NCBI GenBank assembly: GCA_951406725.2
Contig: OX597825.1
Span: forward strand, 27,590,001-27,654,000
Direction of reading: 5' to 3'
Source of the DNA: Octopus vulgaris
Taxonomy: Eukaryota
DNA: 64,000 bases
In this document: piece after piece, positions 53,753-64,000 of the stretch
Layout: each line of letters begins with the position of its first letter
Numbering within the stretch: position 1 is the first letter of the stretch
Program-made: the position numbers and the translations under genes
The notes under the pieces: generated by a model
Seen by the model: the letters and a program-made list of their open reading frames with translations, nothing else
Database searches by the model: none
Told to the model about the DNA's origin: nothing

Positions 53753-54050
53753 TCTTTTATTTTTTATCGTTTACTGGTTTCGGTCCAAGGCTAAGTTCAT
53801 GCTGGTGCACCACCTGTAGTTGCTCGGTGTTGTTTCAATATTGCTTTTGGTGAAGTAGTGAGTTGGACGGAGCTACTCTTCTTTGCGTATCCTACTGCGA
53901 TGTGGCTTTATACGGTATCTCAGATAGGGACCTGTCCAGACGTTCCTTGAAAACTTCCACATGAACACTATGTAGATCTCTAAGGTTGCACAATTGCGGG
54001 CCCTGAAACCCAGACTATTACAGTATTACGTCCTTATTTTAGATGAGATG
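53753..54050 (-). mobile_element. 3' end of a CR1-like LINE
   Basis: SSKIRT*YCNSLGFR/GPQL..LRDLHSVHVEVFKERLDRSLSEIP..SNSLLHQ, then tail GGTGGTGCACCAGCATG..CCGAAACCAGTAAACGATAAAA. Clade assigned by recalled similarity. Confidence 0.7.
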
Positions 54051-54053
54051 TTT

Positions 54054-54096
<43 letters not shown>

Positions 54097-54184
54097 ATGT
54101 GTGTGTGTGTGCGTGCATGTGTGTATGTATGTATGTATGATTGTATTATCTATGTATCTATGTATGTATGCATGCATGCAAGTA

Positions 54185-54237
<53 letters not shown>

Positions 54238-54431
54238 CCTGTTTCTAAATATCTGTTTTGCAATTACTATACATGCATCGCATGCGTCTCTAACTGGCTC
54301 TCAATTTAAGAGCCATTATTTAACTGCATCATCATGTCTATTAGTATGTTGTCTGCTTTTTTGTGTATAGATATCGGCCATTATAAATTCACTTAAGCAT
54401 ATGACTCTCCCTTTGTCCGTGGGCAAAATAG

Positions 54432-54527
54432 ACCGCGGCGGAATTTTGAACTTCAGATCATGCAGACGGACGAAATGTCGTTAAGCATTTGGCCCGGTGT
54501 GCTAACATCTCTGCCATCTCACTGCCT
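54432..54527 (-). mobile_element. 5' fragment of SINE family A
   Basis: GGCGGAATTTTGAACTTCAGA..GACGAAATG..AAGCATTT.GCCCGG.GTGCTAAC. Confidence 0.75.
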
Positions 54528-54553
54528 CAATAATAACAATAATAATGATGGTG

Positions 54554-54626
<73 letters not shown>

Positions 54627-54628
54627 TG

Positions 54629-54695
<67 letters not shown>

Positions 54696-54703
54696 TGATG
54701 ATG

Positions 54704-54775
<72 letters not shown>

Positions 54776-54779
<4 letters not shown>

Positions 54780-55279
54780 GGTAATGGATGAAAAGGGGGA
54801 AAATCCCCTGGGAGTTTGACTTCCAGAGAAACAATGTGTTAGAGCACCGATGCCCAGATATAGTGACCTTTAGGAGGGATAAACAAGAGTGCCTAATAAT
54901 TGATGTGGCAGTGCCAGGAGATCGACATATTATCATGAAAGAAAGGGAAAAAAATTGATAATTATGGAGAACTGAGAATGGAGATCGCTAAGATGTGACA
55001 GCTACGAGAGTCGAACATAAAGGTTAACCCTATTGTCATCGGAGGGTTATCACTATTGTCATTCAGTAGCGCCTAATCTGAAACAAAAAAACATCTGAAA
55101 ACCTTCGAAATACCCTACAGTCTAGATGTATTGCAAAAGCTCGTATTACCTGGAACTGCAGACATAGGGCGTAAAGTACTGCCTCAGGTCCTTGTTATGA
55201 CTTGACAAATAGTACAAACCCCCGGTAGACACAATATCTTCAATCAACAGCCCCACGATATTGTACACTGTGTGACATC

Positions 55280-55280
<1 letters not shown>
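54776..55280 (+). mobile_element. 5'-truncated R4/Dong-clade LINE (restriction-like endonuclease domain plus 3' UTR) embedded in (TAA)n
   Basis: KIPWEFDFQRNNVLEHRCPDIVTF..ECLIIDVAVPGD..MKEREK..YGELRMEIAKM*..PIVIGGL..LQKLVLPGTADIGRKVL, a PD-(D/E)xK-type domain. (TAA)n at 54530-54775 and 55281-55484. Confidence 0.9.
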
Positions 55281-55320
<40 letters not shown>

Positions 55321-55361
55321 TAATAATAATAATAATAATAATAACAACAATAATAACAGTA

Positions 55362-55419
<58 letters not shown>

Positions 55420-55424
55420 TTATG

Positions 55425-55486
<62 letters not shown>

Positions 55487-55610
55487 GAAGAAGAAGAAGA
55501 AGAAGAAGAAGAAGAAGAAGAAGAAGAAGAAGGAGAAGAAGAAGAAGAAGAAGAAGAAGAAGAAGAAGAAGAAGAAGAAGAAGAAGAAGAAGAAGAAGAA
55601 GAAGAAGAAG
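55281..55610. repeat. (TAA)n followed by (GAA)n
   Basis: Direct reading. Confidence 0.97.
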
Positions 55611-58444
55611 GGCAACAATAGAAAAACAAGAAGATATTGCTTTCGTAACATGGTGCGCTAATTTCCATTACCTACGTTTCATTTTTCGAGGGGAACTCGA
55701 ATTAAATAGAACTTCGGATATGCTCAGACATATTCGCAATTTGGTATTAGACTGTGTACTCACTTTGTGTATAACACAGTCTCTAATTGTAAATAGTAAA
55801 TTAAAGATATAGTTTCCGAAGTGCAAATGGAATTACATATGCAATATTTTTTTTTTGCATATTCCGCATTTCACATTGTCTTTTAAGCGTTGACCGGACT
55901 GTTTATGTTTAAATATTTTGATATCACGCCGTCTCTCGTTTGCCTTTACATATAAACAACAATGGAATTGTAACAAGTTATTCGAGGCTCTAGAATATTA
56001 ATTAGCCCATAAGAAATTTAAAACAATACACTGTTTCGATGAGTGGGTTGCATTCTTCTACTTACCACGTGTTGGAAATCCTTCGTATTTTCATGACAGA
56101 TTTTAACGCGTATTTCTTGCAGAAGCCGGACTAATTGTGAACCTTGACCTCTCTCATTTTTAAAAGCACCTTTTCCATTGAAAGAGATTATATAACATTC
56201 AAAGGTTTTGAATAGAATTAATAGACGCTTTTTTGCGTGGGGGAAAAAGCTTGGTGCAAACAAATCGAATCCAGCGATTCAAATGTCAGTGACGTGACAG
56301 AGCTAATAATAAACAGATTTTAAAAAAAAGAAATTCATGCGCAGTACAAATAAGATATTTATTTAAATTTCAACGAAGAAGAACACGAAAGAGGAAACAA
56401 GAAAATCTGAAATGTATTTTAAATTTTTTTCATTAGGTAATTCTTTATTGTGGCTGTGATATTCGAATCAAAATTTTGAGATCCTGAAATTAATTCAAAT
56501 TTATTTACAATGTACTTCATTGCTTCAGTTGAATAGACCATTTTCTGCTACAAGAGTCTTTCTCTCTTTGTATATTTCTAACAGAAAATTTCCACAATTT
56601 CTATTTATTGCAAGTTTCAACAGATCGTTTTGTAAAAATCAAAGACGCGAAGACATATTTCTTTTAAATTCTTTCCAATGATTCTCTTGTCCAAGCACTT
56701 AAAATACGTTGCATTACAGGAAAATGCACTAAAATATAAAGACAGTATACACTTGTCTATATTATTTACATTTGCATTTATATTTCAAAAGTTGTATTCA
56801 CATGCAAAAAATAATAGATAACAGTAATGGGTTATTTTAAACATAATACAACAATATTCCCATACTCTACCATAAGCCTGTAACAATAAGCCTCCTTAAT
56901 TTTACAAACTATAATATAGTTCTATACATAATACACCCCGGAGATATTTTACATTAAAAATATACTTACAGAATGTCAAATGAATAAAAAAAAAATTATA
57001 TATTATATAATATAGTGACAGAAACGACTAGCAGTATCTAACAGTAACTAACTGTATCCATGCATTCTGTAGAAAAATGTCCGTCTAGTTACTCTTAAAA
57101 TCTTAACGAATCATGGGACATGTCAAATCAGTTTGTCGCCATGGTAAAGACTATAGATATAATGCTTTATGCATCAAGGCACATCCACTTAGCCAACCGT
57201 TAGAAAAAAGGTTCAAGTTCCTGTTATATCAAAGCCTCAAAGCTAAAAATGTGTTACTCAGGTTTGAAAAATGAAAGTGTATATTGAAATAGACGTAACG
57301 TACATACACTAATTGATAAATAAATATAATGATATAGGCGGAAAGCACCCTATTGTTGAGTGTTGATCTTCCAATGCAAAATACTGCAGGGGCTCACCCA
57401 TCTTATGCAGTAAATTGAAAATACTCCTTTAAATGTGGTTATGCATGCAATAAGTTAGATCGTTATCACGTATCACGTACAGGAACCCCGATTGCATTTT
57501 TACTAAGTAGTCATAAGTATTCTTTCCGGCTGTTTGTCTGAGACATAATGTTGTTATTCAACATGCCTGATTCCTTCTGCGTTTCCATGTATACTAATCC
57601 CTATTACTATTGATATGTGACAAAATTATACTTCTCTAGAGAGGACTAATAACACCAAAACACGACCTTTGTTTTCAGGGTCGTCTTAAACGCTGGATTC
57701 AATTAAACGACAGATCCACCCAAACGCATCGGATTTTGAAGTTTTTCAAGTATAAGATTAACTTATTTTAAAGGTGAAGTTGCCTTCCCAGCATGTTTTG
57801 TTTTCCAGATAGGAAATACTCGTAGATAAGTTTGTGTATTTTATTTTCATTGGTAATGTCCAGCGTGCACACGCGTGTGAGTTGTGTGACTGCATGTGTG
57901 TATGCGCGCGCACGTGTGTGTGGTTGTGCGTGTGTGAATATACATATATGTATGTATATATAAAATTCTCGTATATTCCAAATATATATGGTAAATGAAA
58001 GACGGAAGATGGAATATACGAGAAACTTTATTATTAATCACGACAATTGTTTTGAAACTGGACACTTAACAACTAGCTCAGGGGTATCGGGCGGTGCGAT
58101 GTGTCTCATCGAGTGATAAATAGATACATTTCCGCAATGTATCTTCTCATTTCGTAAGGAAAAATGCAGCAAAACAAAGGAAATATTTTTATTTATACAG
58201 GTAGACGCCAAAAAGAAACGAACACACAACACAGCGAGAAAAGTATTTAAAATAACCATTCACGGACAGGATTTTTAAGCGCCCTCACGCAAGTTACATG
58301 GCGCATGTACACTCGATCAGACAAGCACCCACAAAAATGCAAGCGTACGCACACGTGTGGATAGGTGCTCACACGACTACAAAGAGAATTAAATAGCCCA
58401 CTTGGTGTTTATAAGAATTTAATTCACCTTAGTGTAAATTATGT

Positions 58445-58710
58445 GGAGGCGCGTGGCTTAGTGTTTATGGTGCCAGCATCATGATCATAAGTTTGTGGTT
58501 TCGATTCCTGGACCGGGCAACGCGTTGTGCTCTTGAGCAAAACACTTCATTTCACGTTGCTCCAGTCTACTCACCTGATAAAAATGAGTAACCCTGCGAT
58601 GGACTGGCGTCCCGTCCAGCAGGGGATCTCATACGCCATAGAAACCGGGAAACCGGGCCCATGAGCCTGGCTAGGCTTTAAAAGGGTGCATTTATTATTT
58701 AATTATTATT
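58445..58710 (+). mobile_element. tRNA-derived CORE-like SINE (family E) with an approximately 14-bp TSD
   Basis: GGAGGCGCGTGGCTTAGTG..GGTTTCGATTCC..CTTGAGCAAAACACTT..CCCTGCGATGGACTGGCGTCCC; flanks AGTGTAAATTATGT (58431-58444) and AATGTAAATTATAT (58711-58724). Confidence 0.88.
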
Positions 58711-59240
58711 AATGTAAATTATATAAACAATTATTCAAATTCACTCCCATCGCATTGTGCGAAAGTATATTTACATGCGTGTAAGCATCTTGATAGTCTT
58801 TCAGAAATTCCATTAATGATCTGCTCATTGGTCCACAGAATATACAATGTTTTCAAAGGAGCAGAGCCGGAATCTCCCAGAAAAGATATTGCATGGTTTT
58901 GCATGCATTTCTATGGACCAAGCTATGTTATACATATTTTTGTCTTCCTTCAGTCTCCACACAATCGGCCAAAGATGCTGAATGTTTTGTATTGATGTTC
59001 TTGAAGCTGGCAACATGCTTGAGATAAGGATTCTGATATGAAACAGCCGCTGTCCCAATAAAAACATACGGCCCTCCACATGTATGCACGGTACATTCAT
59101 ATTCAAGAATTGTGCTCAAACAGAGCTTCATCAATGAGCATTTTGATTTTTCACTGCATGAGCATTTTATCATTTTTGTTTGTATATATGGCATTTCTAA
59201 CTTCATTTTCGACCTTTTTACCATGTAAGCTATAAAGTAA

Positions 59241-59417
59241 CAATTGCAGCGGATTATAGCGACGAAAATATTTTGACAAATTAAACTTAAATGTTGAAGT
59301 GAATCGAACGGCTTTTGTGTGTTTCTTAAATGGCTTATAAACACCTTCCACGCTGCAATTGTTTTCGTTTCAGCACACGATCTCAGATCAAATTACCTGC
59401 TATGCGAGTACATCTCC
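59241..59417 (+). mobile_element. 5'-truncated family-B insertion with a 12-bp TSD and a short 5' inversion
   Basis: GCTATAAAGTAA at 59229-59240 and 59418-59429; CAATTGCAGCG (59241-59251) is the reverse complement of 59351-59361. Confidence 0.85.
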
Positions 59418-61064
59418 GCTATAAAGTAAGCATTTCTATTATTACAATTTGGCCGTATTTGATGCTTTTCATTGCGGTATACATTTCCTTCGTTGGCATT
59501 TAGATGCTTGCTAGATCCAGTAGCCCGGTTATTGAACTGTTGTTGTATTTTACTATTGATTATGCAGTGGATAAGCTGCTCTAAATTAGCACAATTAGAG
59601 TAGGATACCTTCATGGTGTGCCGATTAAAAATAACATATCTATTAGATTGAAGAAAAGATTTGTCCAAAGCGGCAAAAAAACGTTCCAGCTACTTGTTTG
59701 TACATGTGTGTGTGTACGTGTGTGTGTGTGTGTACGTGTGTGTGTGTGTGTGTGTATAATACAGAAGCTACTTCAGATTGATCATATATTCTACTACCTA
59801 CAGAATAGGTTGTATAAAATATACCAATACTTGTAAACATATCGCTGTATTTATATTAAGATACACATTTACATTATGAGGATAAATAAGAATAAACGTG
59901 AGAATATAAGAATATTTCTACTGTAAACAAAACCAATTGTCTAGATGCTTGTTGCTCGGATTTTTCTAGCTTGAAATGTCAAAATATGTAAGGTTATTTC
60001 ATTAATATTACTTTCTGTGTAACGTTTAATGTAGTCAATACGTAACAAAAAAGCATGGCAGTGGTACTTTGACTTGGTCAAAATAACAAACAGAAGATTG
60101 TTTACTGAACTGAAATATAACTTATACCATATTTACATTGGTTTGCTAGGTTCATGATGTGAAATTGTATTCAAAGTTGGTTGTATCCGGAGAGGGTCAT
60201 TATGCCAATAATAAACATACGCACAATTTCTGTTTCACTTCGTTTATTATCATTAGTCAGTACTTTACCAATAACCAATTAACTAATCGATGGTTTGAGT
60301 ACCCTTTCGGTCAATCAGTGTACCGTCTAACTTGGCCAAACTGCTTTCCTCTCCACCCGCTATCTCCTCAAAGTCATGCCCTCATTATTGCATATCTATT
60401 TTAGGTCTGTCTACCTAGAATGTTGCTGAACATTTTTGCTGTTTAACATACATATGCAAGTGAGCCTCAATATTTTCCCTTGCTAATTTCCCATATTTCT
60501 CACCCATTTTCTGTTTCCAAACAAATTCTGCTTCCCTAACGAAATCGAGAGTACCCTCCGATATATATTTCATGACCAAGAATCATATTTCCTAAATATT
60601 CCCCGGATTTTCCCCATTAATGCTTTATTTTCCGAAAACAACACTTTTGTCATTTTTACTGAAAACCTATTCTTTTCTTTTCAACGCAAAACCTCCATTC
60701 ATACCCAAAAGGATTTTTATATATTCATATTATAATGATATGATTCTCCTGTGAAAGTTGTTGTAGTGCTAAATGAAAGAGAACGAAAACCCCACACAGC
60801 TCTTCCACAACGTCATTACTGTTTTGGCTCCTGGCGGATGCGAAAGCAATTTATCACAGTCCATTCCTATTGTACTATTTTCCATAGTTTGACTAAGGAA
60901 TTAATTTGAATGTCTTTACCAGAAATTGTTCCTTTCTTGGATTAAATATCCTTTAACAATCATCATTGATATTGGCATTTCTTCTATATTTCGCCATTTA
61001 TCTGTTTTCATAATCATTCACCAAACCCTCTATCTGTCTATAAAGCTGACTCTCTTTATTTCCT

Positions 61065-61097
<33 letters not shown>

Positions 61098-61281
61098 ATC
61101 TATCTGTCTTTCTTTCTTTTTTTCTATCTATTTATCTATTTTTCTACCTATGTAATTATTAATCTACCTATCTGTTAGCCTGTCTATCGATTTAATTTTT
61201 CTTTCTCCCTTGCACTTTCTTTCTCTCCCTAGCCCTCTCTCCTCCTCTCCCTGTTTCTCACTGTTTCTCTCTCTCTCTCTC

Positions 61282-61323
<42 letters not shown>

Positions 61324-61389
61324 TATTGTTTGAGATAGGAATACATAAGTGTGTATGTATGTATATTTATCTATCTATCTATCTATCTT

Positions 61390-61447
<58 letters not shown>

Positions 61448-61716
61448 CATTCACACACATATATATATTCCTATCTCAAACAATATCAACTACACTGTTT
61501 TATATTCATATATGCTGTACAAAATACGCGAGCAAGGACTTACACGTACACAGATGTTGACATATATGTAAGAGCAACATGTAGAGAGAAGGTGTGAGAG
61601 TGGAGGAAGAGAGAGAGGGGGAGACATCTAAACATACTCATATACATTTATATATACATGTATATGAATATATATACATATATTTATGTATACATGTGCA
61701 AATATATATACATACA

Positions 61717-61752
<36 letters not shown>

Positions 61753-63377
61753 TTCAGTGAGAGTTAGAGGTTGGAAATCGAACCAGCTACTATCTATTAT
61801 ACTGCTAGTAGTGTACCCAACTATTAACACCCAAGTGCTGTTTACTGCGTGGCAATTTTACTTTTGAGCGTAATAAATGTGTGAAGGTAAAAAGTGGTTC
61901 ACCCTTAATGTATACGGCAAGAATTCTATGAATTACTGGTACATATGTATGTTATACACAGTCTTTACACATGTATATATTCTCATAAATGTTTTAGAAT
62001 AAATAAATAGACATAATGTTATGTCTAACAGTTGTTGTACACTCTTTCTGTATCCCCTCAATTTTCTTCTTGCCGTGTGTATATATATAAAGTGTTATAA
62101 GGATTGCGTCTTACCTCTGCAAAATTGCAGAAGTAATGTTAGTTAACTTGTTATCATGATTTCGAATTTAGAGCCAAAAATACACTTGATTCTCTACAGC
62201 TTAGTCTACAAGTAGCAAATTCACGTATCAAAGTGTAATTTGGCGCTAAATTCGAAACCATGATGTCAAGGTTCCATCTTGCATTATTGCAGCGGTAAGG
62301 GGAAATAATTATTTCACTTAAGTTTTTTTTCTCAGCCATGTATATGAGTATATAGTGTTAATTTTTGTGGCTTCGGAGTATTTTGACTCTTATTTTCAGC
62401 AAAGTAGTTGTTTAAAACAGAGCCTTTATTATATAAATATATATATATATAAAATACAAAATGGGACAAGAACATAAAACAGTTAGGTGATACAAAAAAG
62501 GGGACAATAAAACATCCAGATAGACGATACAAAGAAAACAAGGACAGGTCATTCGTTATTTTTCCTCAGTCGAGATCCAGATTATCTTTGCAATTTCGGC
62601 TGGTAATACTCGAGATTGCTCCAATCTGGCCAGCCCCAAGGAAAATCTAAGCTAAGAGCTTTAGATCCCTTGGAAGAAGGCAGTGAATGCATACGAAGAC
62701 AAAGACTGAAAAAATGGAGTGTGTTACACAAATGCAAATAACAGGACATAACAACAGATGTCTTTCGACTATGGACGAATTATATGAAGCTGGCGTGTCT
62801 GAAAGTATAGCCTTACGGCAGGGATGCAATATTTAACAGGCACAGGGAGGAATGTAGATTTTGCCCAGACAGCGGTCGAATCAAGAAAGTAGGTTAGGCT
62901 TGGCCGAACACTGTCACGTGGGGAGAGAAGAGACAGAGGTAGAGGCAGAGGGACAGAAGAAATAAGGAGGGGTACGAAAAATGACAGGGACACAATGAGA
63001 TGAAAAGAGGAGGGAAAGTGAGCATGAAGAAAAGGCAAGAAAATGTGAGAGAGGGGGAACGAAAGAAGGAAGTAAGTGTGAAAGGGCTGATAAAAAGAAG
63101 GAAAGAATAAAAGAAAGGAAGAATAGAGTCGTACATGATTTAGATATATATATATACTTACATATAAGAGTCCAAAGTGTACGTACGCCGCCATATATAT
63201 ATATTAGGGAATAACAATTCTGGCCTCACATGGATACGAATAAATTGAATTATTCTCGATAACAAAATATGTCAGTTAGAGATAGAAGTCCCCATGCAAT
63301 TCATCAAATCCTAATATACATCACACATATCATAGAATTTTATTGTAATACTTACTATTTCAGTTCCAAATTTCTCT

Positions 63378-63468
63378 TCTACACGTGTTTCATGAGGTGC
63401 GCTTAACGTTTCCGAGACCCCCAGTCTTTTTCAGAAACATGTCTTTGCTGCAACCCCAATCATCAGGA
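63378..63468 (-). ncRNA. Degenerate hammerhead fold with a second hammerhead-like motif nested in loop II
   Basis: Outer: CUGAUGA, stem II UGGGGU/ACCUCA, GAAA-CACGUG-UA. Inner (63401-63438): GUUU-CUGAAAA-AGAC-UGGGG-GUCU-CG-GAAA-CG-UU-AAGC. Confidence 0.45.
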
Positions 63469-63594
63469 CTCTCCATAACTTGTTTATAATTCTATAACTA
63501 TTGCTATACCTTTACATTTTATCAGTTACCAATGTAACTAACAAACATGCGGGATTACAAATATATATGTATATATATATGTATATATATATAC

Positions 63595-63644
<50 letters not shown>

Positions 63645-63650
63645 ATATGG

Positions 63651-63708
<58 letters not shown>

Positions 63709-63718
63709 CAGATAGATA
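63651..63718. repeat. (GATA)n microsatellite
   Basis: Direct reading. Confidence 0.97.
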
Positions 63719-64000
63719 GGTTTTATGCGTGTGAGGGTTGGTGCTTGCATAAAAGTACGTTTTGACGCAGAAATATCTACTAAATTTATTCAAATCGTAC
63801 AGGAAAAAAATATTAACCCATTGGCAATTGTAACCGACTGAGTATATCAAAGGGAAATAATTGTGCTAGGCATTTGTTTCTCAAAACTCTCAAAACTCTC
63901 GAAACAGAAGATAGTTTCAAGAAGTCAAATTTAATCGCTGTTTTTGGATATAATCCATCGACTGCCACGAAATTCCAGTCACTTGTCACTCTCACTAATT

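Larger units (their letters stand above)
57980..59700 (-). mobile_element. Decayed Penelope-like retroelement 3' part: post-RT linker, GIY-YIG endonuclease, terminal repeat with a decayed hammerhead
   Basis: IFNRHTMKVSYS; CSCSEKSKCSLMKLCLSTILEYECTV..YVFIG..HVASF..SLAD/VWRLK..YNIAWSI..AKP..RLCSFE..INGISERLSRCLH; HHR relic at 58037-58117. Interrupted by two insertions. Confidence 0.85.

Noticed and set aside
57025-57100. ACTAGCAGTATC as a reversed Helitron 3' end
   Set aside because: The required GC-rich subterminal hairpin is missing.
62470-63150. Complex block with a GGCTGG/CCAGCC stem next to GAAA on the minus strand
   Set aside because: Probably an interspersed repeat, but it has no catalytic core at the right position and no second copy in the window to classify it.
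240-63850. Numerous ORFs of [16 protein letters not shown], poly-K/F/I/N/L type
   Set aside because: They are translations of microsatellites, with no domain content or splice context.

Overview
This is AT-rich, microsatellite-saturated eukaryotic DNA, intergenic or intronic. The SINE, LINE and simple-repeat landscape looks like an octopus (cephalopod) genome; that is an inference from repeat types I recall. I see no host protein-coding exon, rRNA, true tRNA or CRISPR array, and nearly all ORF-track entries are translated microsatellites. The recognisable content is mobile DNA: several tRNA-derived SINE families, two decayed Tc1 transposases, R4/Dong-type and CR1-type LINE fragments, piggyBac-like and Tigger-like MITEs, and a decayed Penelope-like element (PLE) with a GIY-YIG endonuclease. 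The main unexpected signal is more than ten hammerhead-ribozyme (HHR) folds in PLE-type terminal repeats and fold-back elements. One is a fully canonical HHR (51856-51903) inside a young, ORF-less, retrozyme-like element with a 476-nt period. Other families carry compensatory swaps of the catalytic-core 3-8 base pair (U3-A8, G3-C8, possibly A3-U8), which a standard CUGANGA search would miss. All folds were read by eye and none is shown to be active.
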